Positions 37,651-52,402 of a DNA stretch of 64,000 nucleotides are shown piece after piece. The DNA comes from Paraspadella gotoi (Eukaryota; Animalia; Chaetognatha). The translations under genes were made by a program, and so were the position numbers. The stretch lies in the NCBI GenBank assembly GCA_051294375.1, contig CM119265.1:7202629-7266628 (forward strand), read 5' to 3'. Numbering within the stretch: the first letter of the stretch is position 1; the number at the start of each line of letters is the position of its first letter. Under the pieces are notes generated by a model that saw only the letters and a list, made by a program, of their open reading frames with translations, searched no databases and was not told the origin of the DNA.

Positions 37651-40217
37651 TATTTACTTACAAGTAGAAAGAGATTTCAATATGAAACCAAAGTGGATTT
37701 TATACTGAGATATAAGACAAGCAAAGAGGGTGTCAGAGGAAGAATGAATCCATGAAGAAATAGAAGAGAAATATACAGAAATATACAGAAATATACAGGG
37801 CAATGGAATCATCGACACGGGCTGGTTTTTCCGTTGGCATGAATCTTGTGATTGGAGGATTCACTTGGTGGTTCGTCCAATGAGAGAGTCGAATCCGGAT
37901 TCCGGCGGATTCTAACCGATTCCATTTTTGGTTCTCATTCCATCTGCGATGTTAATAAAAGCAATTTGCAAATTTCTTCTAATTATTTTGCAACAAAATA
38001 TCGATATAACCTCTGAATTTTATCTAAGGAACTAAATTAAAAATAAATGGCTAAAATTGGCAACAGTTAATATTTAACTCGTTAAATATGAATTATAGTC
38101 CGAGCTACGACAACAACGAAAACCCACCGAAACAAAAACTCAGCAACTCTTCCTCCAAAGACCGCGTGATCCCAGAATAACCTTTTCCTTCGGGATTTCT
38201 GCCAAGAAAATCCTTTCAAAATGCGTTATCTTTCTTTCACCTGCTTTCTTTTCACTTCTTTCTTTTTTAAATTATTTTCTTTTGTGATTTTTTTTTTCCA
38301 TGTAATTTTTTTTATCACTTTTTTTCGTATTTTTTCAAACGAACTTCTTATCGTTCATATTTCTTAGACGTCATCATATTTTTTTTATTCTTCTTCGATA
38401 AACAATATGTTTATATGTATAATTTAGCGGCGCATAGGAATTCAAGGTGGGCGTAACCTAATCTCCTTATAGAAAACCAAAATTTTTTCCCGATTCGTGA
38501 TCTTTTTTTTTATTCTTCCGTCTTATCTGCCTCAATGCATCAATTTTACTTTCTATGAGATTTCGATTTAGGTTTTGTGTTAAATTTAGATTTAGCTTAA
38601 GATTAAGATTTATGTTATCTTGCTTTAAGTACATCTCATGCACAATATACAATTGAAATATTGTATAATGTACTTATATATGTGTATACTTGTATATAAT
38701 GTTTATTTTTAATCAAGTTTTAGTACATTTTCTTTCTCCGCCGCAACGACGGACGAATTCATTATCAGGCTTCTTCTAAGTTCTTTAGATTAGATTTGAA
38801 TTTGCCATTCTTTTTTTACCTATATTATGTATTATCGGGTTGACATATAAAACGAGTTATCGATATTTATTTTCGTTAAATTCACAAAAATCGTGACGAA
38901 ATTCGTTTTATAAGATAAAATTTCCGGCCCTTACCCAACCCCCCCCTCCTTCGCGAGGGAATCTGGATGTTCTTTCCCTTCGTCTCGCTCGAACCTATCG
39001 GCTCATTAGTGAACCGGATTTTCGCTTCTCAAATTTCCTCCAGCACCATCGCCCTTCCCCGTCATTAGTTCAGCCCTTAACGCCCTCAGCCTCTCCCAAC
39101 CCCTCCCTACTCCCCCCCTTCCCGAACCCCATTCTCCCGGTCGTCGCTCCGTCTCTCGTAATCGGATTGAAATGGGATCACGTGACTCCGATATCGCCGC
39201 CCTCGCGGTTCGACTTCGACACTTGCGCCGCCGAGTTTTTTTTTATTTTTGGAAGAAACCCCCCACCGCGTGACCTTTCACTTCGCCCCCCCCACCTCTA
39301 TCGAGATATTTTAAGCCTTCGGGGGAAATGAGAACTTTGATCCTGACTCGCTTCGTAAGGGAGACACGGAGATGGACGAGGAGGAAGTGATATCTGAGTG
39401 ATTATTTTGATACATGAAAATATAGTGAGAGAGAGAGAGTTAGAGAGAGAGAGAGAGAGAGATACGTAGATAAGTCTATTGTCTAAGGCTCAATTGTCAT
39501 CATCTAATTCCTAAGAGATTCCATTACTATCGCTTTTGGATCTTACGGTCACCTTCATGTGTGCTCCTCATATAGTTGGGTTATATTTCTGTTGCCGTTA
39601 CCGAGAATTAAAAAAAACCCTTCCGAACTCTTTCAGGCATACTGTTTGAAGCGAGAAAGATTCGTCGCTGAGAGGGGAAAGAGGAAAGGGGGCTTCCATG
39701 ACCACGTTGGCTTCGCCTTTTACTAAGGTTGTTTTGAGTTCAAAACGTTTTTGATACGGTAAAACCCCGACGACCGAAAACCAACATCTAAAAACAAAAA
39801 CAAAAAAAACATTGGTTTTTATCCTCGCAGAAACTAGAAATGGAGTTTCTATAGTAACCGAAACAAACGCCTTCTCAAGTACCATGACAAAAAACAATAT
39901 CATCATTAAAATGAAAACAAAATAATAGGATTATGTCGCAGAGTGACGTAGCAGGGATGCCGTTGACGGAAGATAATCAAGAAGATGTTGAAGTCAGTGG
40001 GATTGGGGGGGGGAGACGAATAGGGGATGAGGGAGGCGAGCACTACCGTCTGACGATGCAGATGTCTCGAATAAAAAACCACAACAAATCACAAAAAAAA
40101 GATAAGGCGGGAAACAGTAAACAACATCAAAAATACGTGAGCGAGGACGTGAAAATAAAGATGTCTCTCCTTAAATATATATATAATTATATAATATATA
40201 TCTCTTTCTATCTCGGC

Positions 40218-40329
<112 letters not shown>

Positions 40330-40975
40330 CATAAGAGTGGATAAAGTAGACTCTCTAATTCTAAGCGAATGGAAATGAGGAATGACATTATGATCATCAA
40401 GAGACTCAATGATAAAATCCCCCCTTAGAGATGGCATCACCATTTACGTCATTCCATTGCCTAATCACCCACATGACTAAATCTTAATAACATTCTATGA
40501 AAGTGAGTGATGGCAAGTGAAATCGCTCCTCAGTAACTATAATATCACCTTTTCACTTCGAGGTGATTCAATAGTCTAATCTTTTTAAGCTTCTTCAATC
40601 TCTCCTTCACCTCTAAAGCTCATCGCCATATTGGATGAGAAAAAAAATGATCACGTGATCTAATCCTGACGACCAGGTGATCCTTTGACCTCGTGACCTC
40701 TCGATCCTTTATCATCGCCTCTCCGAAATATTCCTGACGTAGAGTTGTCGAAGAGAAGGGAAAAATTCTTTTATCAGTCATGGTTTGGACTTAGAAATGG
40801 CGGGAAAAATCAAGAGGAATTTGCTACTGTGCATTTGTGGGTGCACTTGGCGAGTGTGCAGTAGGATGTGCAGTAGGATGAAATGGCTTTTGAAAACGCA
40901 GGAAGTTTTAGTTTTAGAGAATTTTTAACTGGAACGGGTAGACTTGTTAGGGAGAGAGAGAGAGAGAGAGAGAGA

Positions 40976-41038
<63 letters not shown>

Positions 41039-41275
41039 GATGAGGAAGAGGAGAGAGGAAGAAGAGAAGAGCAGAGAGAGGAGCGGAGAGAGAGAGGTTT
41101 TTAGTGCTCGTTGCGGTCCACCCGGATTAAATGGAGCATCGACGCGGCGGCAGCAGAAAAAGATCCCTCCTTCGTCTTCATGTTTCCTTTTGTCTTGGTC
41201 CGAATCGCCATGGTTTCACGCCAATTCTCATCTCATCTATTTATTTCTTTTCATCTCTTTTTTTTTTATATTCTT

Positions 41276-41321
<46 letters not shown>

Positions 41322-41905
41322 ATTATTATTTCTTTCGGAAAGAGAGAGGGAAATCGTTAGTTGGACTCAATATTTTTTTCTTCAAGGGAAAAAAAGTTAC
41401 TGAAAATAATCGCGATATTTGTAATCGAATTTGTAATCGCGTTAGACTGATAATTTTACTGTTGATGCATTCCACGCGACAGTCGACCTCACAGCTGACA
41501 CAAATACCTCTGATCAGTTAATTATTGATACTGTTTATTATTATTGATGAGATGAGTTTAAAAATGCTTACCTCTCCATCTGTCGAGAACAACATCTTTG
41601 TTTTGACAAAACTACTTCGGTTTCGTTTTTTTTTTTGGTTTTTTTCTTTCTCTTTGTTTGATCTTTCTCTTTTTTTCCCCGCTTTTCTTTCCACGTGTTT
41701 TTTTTTTCTCTATTTTTTGTCTTTCGCTATCCTTTCATTCTTTTCCTAATTAGCTAATAGACGTTTTCTTTTTTCTTTTTCTTTTTCTTTTTCTTTTTCT
41801 TTTTCTTTTTTTTTCTTTTCGCTGGCAACGCGGTCGCCTTGAAATAATTCTTGTTGTTGTTGTATTCTTCAAGAAATACTGGTTGAACGTTGAACTCTCT
41901 CTCTC

Positions 41906-41982
<77 letters not shown>

Positions 41983-42280
41983 TCCACGGCGCCGATATAT
42001 ATTCCCCTCCTCTGATTTCGCCCTTCCTTTCTTCCCTTCGTCCTTCCTCCGACCTTGACTGGCTTCGCTTCGCCTTTCGACTCGTTCGAGGAAGGAGATG
42101 GAAAAGGAGAAGGAAGGAGAGAAAGAATGTAAGTAAAAAAGAGAAGGAGATGGAGAAAGAGAATGAGAAAAGAAAGAGTACGAATATAAAGAGAAGAAGG
42201 GGAATATAGAAAATATATGTCAAAGGAGAAAGAACATATGGAAATGCAAAGAAAAAAAGGAGAAGGAGATTTCAGGAGAC

Positions 42281-42337
42281 GAAGAAGAAGAAGAAGAAGA
42301 AGAAGAAGAAGAAGAAGAAGAAGAAGAAGAAGAAGAA
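42281..42337. repeat. (GAA)n microsatellite
   Basis: Seen directly. Confidence 0.95.
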
Positions 42338-44963
42338 AAAAGGAGAGAGAATTTAAATAAAGACAAAATGAAAGGAGATCGGGAGAAAGAGAGAGAGAGA
42401 GAGAAATATAAGAAATCGAAGTGGAAATCATTATAGATTAAGAAAAACGGGAGATAACATTTGATAGAAAAGAATACTTAAAAACAGATAAGCGGTAAAA
42501 GTAGTAAGCAGTAAAATAGGGTAAAAAAAGAGAAAAAAAAGATAATAGAAAACCCAGACGAAGAAGAAAGATAGAGAGCGAGACGCTGAGAAATCCTTGA
42601 GCGCGATTCCGTCGGACCGACCGAAGTGAACGCCGTGAAATCGTCGTCGGGCGAGAAGCCGACAATGTTGTTCGGTTTGAGTGTCGGTTTGACTGTCGGT
42701 TTGACTGTCGGTCGTTAACTCGGGAGGAAAGATGCGCTAGAACGAAGGACAAATGCTGAAAGGGATTAAGGGGAGATACGGTGAGGGATATAGGGGCCTA
42801 ATATAGTAGAGGAGGTTCTTTCTAACATTATTAATGTCAATGTAAGGGAAAGGGAAGGAAAGAGAAAAGATAAAAAAGGGCTATACTACAGGTACTAAGA
42901 AAAAAAAACCAAAAAAAAGTGAAAATGAAGCTAAAGAACGAAGAAAGCCTATAATTAAAACTCTACAAGAAAATATTTTGTACTTATATATCATGGTATC
43001 CAAATTGGTACCTTAGCGAGCGACCCGTTCCAACCAAAACTTTTCCGAATATCATTAATTAACTGCTACATTTACATAAGTCATATTTTTCGCTAGATAC
43101 GCTTTCACTTCGTACACTCACTCAAAAACAAACAAAAAAAACAAATAAAAGAAAGATAAAGAAATAAAGAAACTGAAAAATTCGTCATTGGAGTAGAAGA
43201 AAAGGAAAAAGAAAAGAAAAAGAAGAAAAGAAAAAGCAGAAAAAAAGAATAAAAGAAAAGACGAGTACGAAAAAGAGAGAGAAAAAATTAGTTATAGATC
43301 AAAGCTTACACAATTACATAACAAAACATAACAAAAGATCGAGAGGAATTCAGCTTCTTCGTCATGTCGTTTTTCAGCTTCTTCGTCATATCGTAAGGCT
43401 TTCTTCTCAATTCCTGCACTTGGCAGAATTTACTTCGGAGTGAGGTTACTAAGGTTCTGTGTTCCCCTCCGCAAACATTTTATATTTATTTGACTGGCTT
43501 CTTTTATCTTTCGAANNNNNNNNNNNNNNNNNNNNNNNNNTCTTTTTTCGTAGCATCCGAATAGCGAAAGGAAACTTGATCGGCCAATCGAGAGAAGAAA
43601 CGCGACCGTGCCATACTGCACTCCGTACCCGCCTGCTCTGCAACCGCCGAGTCTTCGAACGATTGATAAGATTCCTTATGATGCAAATTTTCCTTCGGCT
43701 CCGAGGAGTTTTTTTTCCTTAGGTATTTTTTTTTAAAAACGAGGCCTTCTCTTTTGCATATTGCAATCAGCCTCTCTCCTGGTCTAACGCTTTTTTTCTT
43801 TTTTCCTTCTTTTTTCTCTCGATAATGGATGGCATTTGATACAGTACACGTCCCTCATGCGAGCATCTTGATATTTACATGAATTAGATTTTTTATTGTA
43901 TTCTATTTTAAGCTTAAATGAAAAAAGCCTTAGGAACATTCCAATGTTAACACGCAAAAATATATGATGACAGTTGAATAAAATAAGGTAAATTAGTATT
44001 GATAATAAACATTGGAGTTAATCAAAAAGCAATGTAATGGCAGTGATAAAAAAATTGTAAAATGTATAGATGATAATTGGGGTTATCCTTGCGGTGATTT
44101 TTTTGTTAAGACATCGTGCGCTTTTGGGCCCAGCTGTCCGCATCGAAGTCCAACGTTGGAAACAAAACGGAAACCAGAGAACCAAAGCGGGGAGATAAAA
44201 CCTCGGGACTGATAAGAAAAACAAACAAAGGTAAGGAAGAGAGGAGAATAATGATGGCATTTGATCACAGTAACAACGTCAACTCTACCGTCGAGCATTT
44301 GATATTTACATGAATAGATTTTTGTATTGTATTCTATTTTAAGCTTTAAATGAAAAAAGCTTAGGAACATTANNNNNNNNNNNNNNNNNNNNNNNNNNNN
44401 NNNNNNNNNNNNNNNNNNNNNNNNNNNNNNNNNNNNNNNNNNNNNNNNNNNNNNNNNNNNNNNNNNNNNNNNNNNNNNNNNNNNNNNNNNNNNNNNNNNN
44501 NNNNNNNNNNNNNNNNNNNNNNNNNNNNNNNNNNNNNNNNNNNNNNNNNNNNNNNNNNNNNNNNNNNNNNNNNNNNNNNNNNNNNNNNNNNNNNNNNNNN
44601 NNNNNNNNNNNNNNNNNNNNNNNNNNNNNNNNNNNNNNNNNNNNNNNNNNNNNNNNNNNNNNNNNNNNNNNNNNNNNNNNNNNNNNNNNTGTTGATTTTC
44701 TTTGTTAAGACATCTGCGCTTTTGGGCGCCACTGTCCGACGAAAGTCAACGTTGGAAACAAAACGGAACCAGAACAAAAGCGGGAGATAAAACCTCGACG
44801 ATAAAAAAACAAACAAAAGGTAAAGAGAGAGAGAGAGAGAGAGCGCGATGTATCTTTTCTGCGCAGAAAAATTGGAAATTTTGGGAGGAAAGGAGGAAGA
44901 GTGAAGACTGATGAGAAAAGGCGGAGAATAGAGGAAGCTTGACAAAAGAAAAANNNNNNNNNN

Positions 44964-45286
44964 AGGGAGACAAAGGAAGGAAATATAAAGGAAGATTGGT
45001 GGGGGGAGATACGCAAGAGGGAATTTTCCCTCGGGGAGATTCAAGACGCATAAAAAATAAAGGTTCCGGTCTGGAATCGAATAGAAAATGATGAAAAACT
45101 TGGGCCGAAGAATATAAGCCTCGCTAAAAGCATTTAAAATTTTGCAAAGGAGGAAATAATGTAAAATGGGTACATTTGGATGGAGAGAGCCTGCGTCTAC
45201 TATTGACAACAAAAAAATAACACGGTGGTATGGTTGTAAAACTTATAAAATTATAAAGGTATTATGACAATAAAGTTTTAGGTTAG
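44964..45286. other. Probable assembly artefact: 323-bp segment between two 10-N gaps that duplicates 45678-46000
   Basis: Identical sequence, and the first copy is bounded exactly by gaps. Confidence 0.75.
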
Positions 45287-47491
45287 NNNNNNNNNNAAAT
45301 AATTGAGGAAGGGAACAAATACTAGACCGGAGGAAAGAAAATAAAAAAAATAGAGGAAAGAAAAAAAGGGAACAAAACAAAGCGGAAGGTAGATTGGACC
45401 AATGGACATGAAGAATAGAGGAAGAAATGAAACCACGAAAAAGGAAAGGGAGGAAGAGGAGGAAGAGCAAGAGGATAAACATAACTGGAATCACAGCGAG
45501 GAAATTATATGTGACGAGTTTTTTTTTTTTTATCTCTCCATTTATGGGAGGAAGAAGAAAAGAAAGTCGCGGAGGACCGAAGACGAGGTTTTTGCTACCG
45601 GGACGGAGGAAAAGATCGAAAAAAAGGAAATAAAAAATGAGTACAAAGGGGGAAAAAAAGGAAAGTAAAAAATTATGAGGGAGACAAAGGAAGGAAATAT
45701 AAAGGAAGATTGGTGGGGGGAGATACGCAAGAGGGAATTTTCCCTCGGGGAGATTCAAGACGCATAAAAAATAAAGGTTCCGGTCTGGAATCGAATAGAA
45801 AATGATGAAAAACTTGGGCCGAAGAATATAAGCCTCGCTAAAAGCATTTAAAATTTTGCAAAGGAGGAAATAATGTAAAATGGGTACATTTGGATGGAGA
45901 GAGCCTGCGTCTACTATTGACAACAAAAAAATAACACGGTGGTATGGTTGTAAAACTTATAAAATTATAAAGGTATTATGACAATAAAGTTTTAGGTTAG
46001 ATTTAGGTTTAATATGATACATGTATATTTGTAATATATAATTAAAACAAGCATTATATCGTTAAACAAAAGGGAGAAACGTGAGGACATTCAACCCAGA
46101 ACCCATCGAAAATAAAAAAAAATACAATCAAAAAAAAGGTCAACCACTCAGAAATCGAAATTGAAAAAAATCGGAGAAAATCGCGGGAAAATTTGACTGA
46201 ACAAAAGTGAANNNNNNNNNNNNNNNNNNNNNNNNNNNNNNNNNNNNNNNNNNNNNNNNNNNNNNNNNNNNNNNNNNNNNNNNNNNNNNNNNNNNNNNNN
46301 NNNNNNNNNNNNNNNNNNNNNNNNNNNNNNNNNNNNNNNNNNNNNNNNNNNNNNNNNNNNNNNNNNNNNNNNNNNNNNNNNNNNNNNNNNNNNNNNNNNN
46401 NNNNNNNNNNNNNNNNNNNNNNNNNNNNNNNNNNNNNNNNNNNNNNNNNNNNNNNNNNNNNNNNNNNNNNNNNNNNNNGGTTACCGGAAAATTACGAAAG
46501 GGAAAAAGAGAAAATGGGTGAGGAATGAGGAAGTGAAAAAGAGAAAATGGGTGAGGATTGAGGAAGTGAAAAAGTATCTTGCGAGTGAACTAAATACTCG
46601 AAATAAATTTGAAACGAACGTGTGAAAGGGGACGATAACGAACGAACGAACGATTTTTATTTCAATAAGAAGCGGAAACACGAGGAACAGAAAGCGTTTT
46701 CTCGCCAAAACGAGGTCCGCTAAAAAAGGCTGACCTCAGCGAAAAGTAGACCGACCGACGGGGATTATTTTTTGTGTGTGTCGTTGAAAAAGGAAGAGGG
46801 AGATGGGACGCGAGACATCAGAAGGACCGCGGAAAGAGGGAAGGGAATGGATCGAAGGAAGAGGGAATCAGAGAGTGGAGCCGGATTGCGGCGCCACAAA
46901 ATGGAAGAAGAGCCGGATAGTAGAGGCGTTGCCGGATAGTAGAGGCGTTGCCGGAGGGTGGAGAATGGATCTTGATCGAGAAAGAAATGCGAGGAAAAAA
47001 ATGGGTGGATGCGAATTAGAACTGAAGAAGTGAAAAGATAAATTGAAAAATGATAAGGGTATGAGATTCAAGAGGTTAACTGACTTCGAATCCTGAATTA
47101 ATTCTTCAAATTGGAATCAAAGTCCTTGCTACTAAATTAAACGAATCAAAATCAGTTACTAAATCTATCCTACACTCGGAGGCGTGAGACACTGAGAGCC
47201 TGAAGAGAAAAATAGTAAAATCAGTCGGTAAGTGATGGTAGATAGAGTAAAAGTACATAAAAATGGAGAGACCTTTCGGTGGGCCGCAGTTGCAGTCACT
47301 GCGGAGAAAAGATATCACAAAAAAAACAAACGCCGGCTTAAAGTAGAGAATGGGTGAGGATCGGGTCAAAGCGTTATCGTGAGGTCGTCTCGGGTTCACC
47401 GGTTTCACAACGATGTCAGACAAAAGGGAATCGATTGAATTATGGTCGAGGAGTTTGAAAAGGGTGGCTAAATATTGAAGCGCGGAAAGAG

Positions 47492-47530
<39 letters not shown>

Positions 47531-47980
47531 CGAGAGAAGAAGAGACGAGAGATGAGAGAGAGAGAGAGAGAGAGAGAGACCAAAAAAAGGAAAAAGATGT
47601 GACCAAGATGACGAAAGCAAAAACGACGACGACGACAACATCCAATTTTCTTCCTCCAAACTGCAGGACTTCTCCAATCGCCATTTTTTGTCGTGCTGAG
47701 CGAGAAACAAAAGTATAAAATATAAAAAGATATGAAAGAAATAAAAAAAAATTTTAACATTAATTTTTTTTTACTTTTATATTATTTTATTTTAATACTC
47801 TCACACATGCTCATTGAGCGCGATTTGACTGCTCGATCGTGCAAAGCCAAAAATCGACTTTCTCGAAAACAACCAACCCTGCTCCAAAACACTATTTCCG
47901 ATGTGTTTTAAGTTTCGTGACGTGACAGAAAGAAAAAGACGGAGAGATGACGAGAGGAGAGAGAGAGAGAGAAGAGAGAT

Positions 47981-48032
<52 letters not shown>

Positions 48033-48399
48033 AGAGAGCGGAAGAAAAAGTGAAAAAAATTCCTCAAGAAGAAAATACATATCTGGCAAAATTGTGAGAA
48101 AAGTGGAAGAATAAAGAAGATGACGAAGACGTGAAAGGAATGAGTGGAGAAAATATCCACGGGGACGAAAAAGATAAAAATGAGGATGTCGAAGATGAGA
48201 TGAGATGAGAGAGAGAGAGATATATCATATCATTGGATATCATATGGGGTCATCTCAACCAAAGTGGCACAACCGAACGATTAAAACTTAACTCGGTTGA
48301 TATGATTATGAGTTTAAAATTTCGAGAAAGAATGAAAATTAAATCTTTTATTGGAAGGAATTTTAAAGGAGTCAGCGCTTATATTGTGAAAGCTTATGT

Positions 48400-48717
48400 A
48401 ACAAGAATCGGAAAGTTCACGTCGCTGTGACTTTCTTTCTTGGATGCGTTTCCCCAATATTATGTGGCTGCAAGAGTATGAAACTTAAGGACGGGAAGTA
48501 CCTTACCAGTCTGCTGAGAATTGACTAATATGAATCATGCAATAACAAAATTTTGATCATGTGATTACATTACTGCACAAATATGGTACATATGCACATC
48601 AAAGGTTTTGTGGTTCAGTTTTACCTGAGTTATGAATAATTAAAATGTAATTAGAACAGACAATGGACAAACTGATCGACCAACCGACAAAATGTTACTC
48701 TCTGCGCGACTAAAAAC
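48400..48717 (-). mobile_element. Related HINE-like element, different subfamily
   Basis: On the minus strand it starts TTTTTAGTCGCG, has GTCGGTTGGTCG-type repeats, and ends aagtcacagcgac...ccgattcttgtt. GTCGC/GCGAC form a subterminal inverted match. Confidence 0.45.
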
Positions 48718-51700
48718 TGGGAAAAAAAGATGACAACAATGACACATTCTAAGCAAGGATTATCAGCGAGAGTTGTCAAACAAAACGGCTGCTTTTTTGT
48801 TTTGTTTGCTTTAGTTTTTTTAGACTCCACCAGGTCGTGACATCCCGAAATTGGAGATTAGCCTCCCGGAAGCAAATAAACAATTGAGCTCAGAGAAATC
48901 GATCAAAACAAATAAAGATGAAAATTAAGCATTGTTATGATAATAATATTTATTATTATAGGTTGGATTACGTGAACCAACCGGCTCCTCTCCTATATAC
49001 CTATATATACTTATTAGATGAAATAGAATAAAAAAATATGAATAAATATAAGTAAAGTAAAATAAATGGTCAGGCCAGGACCCCTGGGCTGGGATCTCGT
49101 GAAAAGTGTCACTTGTGCCGAGGTCAGCCCACGTGATTGGATCTCATTAAAAAAGGCCATTTGTTTTCGGGGCCAGCCTTCCTGGGCTGGGCTCTCCTGA
49201 CAAGTGTCACTTTTGTCGAGGCCAGCCCCCCCCCCTCCGGGCTGTGATCTCGTGAAAAGTGTCATTTGGCTTGGCTCTCTCAGTGTCATCCCATTTTCCA
49301 TTTTGAGCGAAAGCTCGAGTTTTCCGTCCCTTTTAATATACATGAATTTAATATATATAAATTGAACACAATTATTTTATTCACTGAAGACCATCCTTGT
49401 TTTATTTTTGAAATCATTGATCTTTTTTTTATCTATTAATATTTCGTTGTTTCTTTTCAAAAATTATGTAGGAATTAGGAGCAACATATTACTAAAATTC
49501 TACATCAAAGGAGTAATATTTACGTTACATAGAGAAACATAAAAATTTTAAATATAAAATAATAATTAATACTAAACATAGTGAACATACTGATTATGAC
49601 AAACGAATTTACCTGATCTTTTGTTATCCTACAATAGATTTCAGATGGCATGACATCTTTTGGTTCGAGGTTTATTGAAACTTTAAAGGACGACGAAAAA
49701 CAAAAGCCATTGAAGCCAATTCGAAGTATCTCACCGAGATTCTCAGTATTTAACTTAAATTTTAAGTAAATCTGAGGCAAAAACGAATTAAACTTGAATC
49801 GTTCTTGAAAATTGAACAAAAATTAAAAAACTCAAGGCAACATGTAAACAGGCTTAAAGTAGACAACTTTTGCGACAAAATAAGATTTATGATTTATTAA
49901 AATGATGATTTATGATTTATTTAAATTTACCTCACGCCCCAAGTTTTCTCGGTACATAAAACATTACACCAAATTTATACGTTAGTTCATATTTCTTCCT
50001 CATTTTCGCTGTCCGGTCTGCCGGCCCTGCACTCAGTCCCATTTGATTCTTTCTTTTTTTTCGTATCGGATTTTCAAGTTCGATATTTTTTTTTTCTTGC
50101 GGGGAGAATCTCGGACGAGGCTCATCTCAAGGATACTCAATCTTCATCGACGTCATCGTCGTCATCGTCGTCTTCGTCGTCGCCTTTGTCGTCATCATCG
50201 TCAGAGTTTATTTTGGATATCGACGTCGTATTCTTTTCTTCATCGTCTGTCTGTTTATTTGGGGTTTTTTTTTTTCATTTTTAAAATCTTCATTCTTTGT
50301 AAAGTAAAAGTTATTATTTATATTCAACGATTAATTTGACATTTTCGTTGAATATAAATAAAACGTCTTTCAAACACAACGAAAGAATGGAAACACTACT
50401 ATATTCTTTCTTAAATTCTTGATTTTCCCTTTTACATGAGAAAATGGCAGATTTTGACAACACGATATAATTTTGTTAATTTGTTAATAACGACACATTA
50501 TCGACACATTTCGCGTTCATATTCAACACTTTTTTAGGCCAAGGTTTCTGATGGAACGATTATTATGTATGATGGAACCTAATAAGAGCTAAACATCTTC
50601 AGATTTATGAGTCTGTCAACCTGTCAGTCAGTCTGTCCAAAATAATCATTAATTCTTGTAGGTAAGTAAAAAAAAAAACGCTTTGATATTTAGAAAACAT
50701 ATCTTTAACAATATAATTACGCCGATTATTGGAATGATTTAATTAGAAATTTATAAACCAACATCCTACGAGTACATATTGACTCCCGTGTTAAAGGCGA
50801 CAAGCCGTGAAGATCGTTCACCGCTTCGCGTGAACGCGCCTCGCCCGCTTCAAATACTCGGCTCGAAATCCAGCAAATCCCCTTCGAGCGCGGTAGATGC
50901 GCGTTGCCATGGCTACCCAACCACTTTCGTTGGCTTGAAAACCTAGCCTTGTGCCTGGCCTCGACTAGCGAACCACGATAGTCGCCTTGACTACCGAACC
51001 ATTCGCGTTGCCTTGACTACCGGACCTCGAACGTTGTCGCGGCTGACAAACTTAATCTCCCCACGGGATTTCGACTTTGACGTCTCGGCGTCGTAGGAAA
51101 AGCTGAGCCGGAAATGCCGCGAGGCGTCCAGGCACGCGCCTAATGCCTGAATTGTTAACATTATCATTTTAAAAATTCTTACTGTATAACGTGTAAACAT
51201 GAAAGAATTGTTCGATTAATTTTGGTGTTTTTTAGAATCGACGGTTTTTTTGTAATTATTAACGTTTATATCAATCGGATTTGGATCAATAAATTTTAAA
51301 AAATCTAGTTGGAAGCTTGGTTAGTTTCTTGTTAGTTTCTTGTCGAGCTTGAACATTGATCAAGCTTTCTCTTTTAAAAAGAGACTCTTAGCGACAGAAA
51401 TCTTGATGAGCTTCTTGCGTCGCGCACCTCATGGAAAAGCTTTTGACGTTGATCCAACGAAAGGAAAAATGACAAGAAACGTTGAGGAAATCTGAATTTC
51501 TCTCTCTCTCTCTCTGTCTCTCTCTCTTTCTTTTTCTTTGTGAACTCTGATGAAATATTAGAAGAAAAAATCCCACATTTAAATCTTGAAGACCTTGACT
51601 TTGAAGTAAAATATCCCAAATCTAATCGGTTTGACATCGTGTAGAGCAATTTTTTCTCTTTTTTTATTTTTATTTATTTTTTTTTATTTTTTTTTTGAGA

Positions 51701-51755
51701 CTTGAATCCCCTTGCTTAGGATCCGCCTCCCGAGAGAGAGAGAGAGAGAAAGAGA

Positions 51756-51828
<73 letters not shown>

Positions 51829-52079
51829 GCAAGGGAGTTTTTCCCAAATAACCATATTTTTTATATATATATAATTTTTTATCTTTTGCAAACAAACTTT
51901 TTTATCCGCCTGTAACATTTTTTTCTACCTAATTTTAATCAGTCTTTCTCATGCGACGAATATTTTCGCCCTTCTGTTATATTTTTCTAACAAAAACTCT
52001 GAAAACCCGGGCGACTTCGTTGGTTTATTTTAATTTTTATTTAAGTTGTCATTATCCACACCCACTACTCTTCTTCTTA

Positions 52080-52330
52080 TCCGCCAATGGGGACCCGCGA
52101 CCTATGCGTCACCAGGCAACGCTTCTCTCCTTTGCTATCCCATTGGTCGTTTCTTACCGTCGCCTTTCTCTATCCCTCGCGTTTTGATTGGCCGATTCGA
52201 CCCGTCTCATCTTCCCTCTCAGGGTGACCCCGACGCTCACGATTTCTATATCCGATCGTTCCCGGTCTCCCATTGGTCGACCCTGGAACCGTTGTTATTG
52301 TGAGCGGTTTCTGGTAAATCCATTGGTTGA
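52080..52330. promoter_or_regulatory. Candidate promoter/enhancer: five CCAAT boxes plus an X-box-like site
   Basis: CCAAT at 52084. ATTGG at 52142, 52187, 52272 and 52322 in NF-Y-like contexts (GACCAATGG, GGCCAATCA, AACCAATGG). GTCACCAGGCAAC at 52108-52120. Locally GC-rich. Confidence 0.4.
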
Positions 52331-52347
52331 TCATGATTTGTCAAATC

Positions 52348-52402
<55 letters not shown>

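Noticed and set aside
43820-46000. Tandem duplications (43820-43945 vs 44245-44372, 44095-44230 vs 44690-44825, 44964-45286 vs 45678-46000) and the duplicated MLSIVDAG ORFs
   Set aside because: Copies end at N-gaps and are either identical or differ mainly by small indels, typical of unmerged contig ends or haplotypes. The ORFs are low-complexity.
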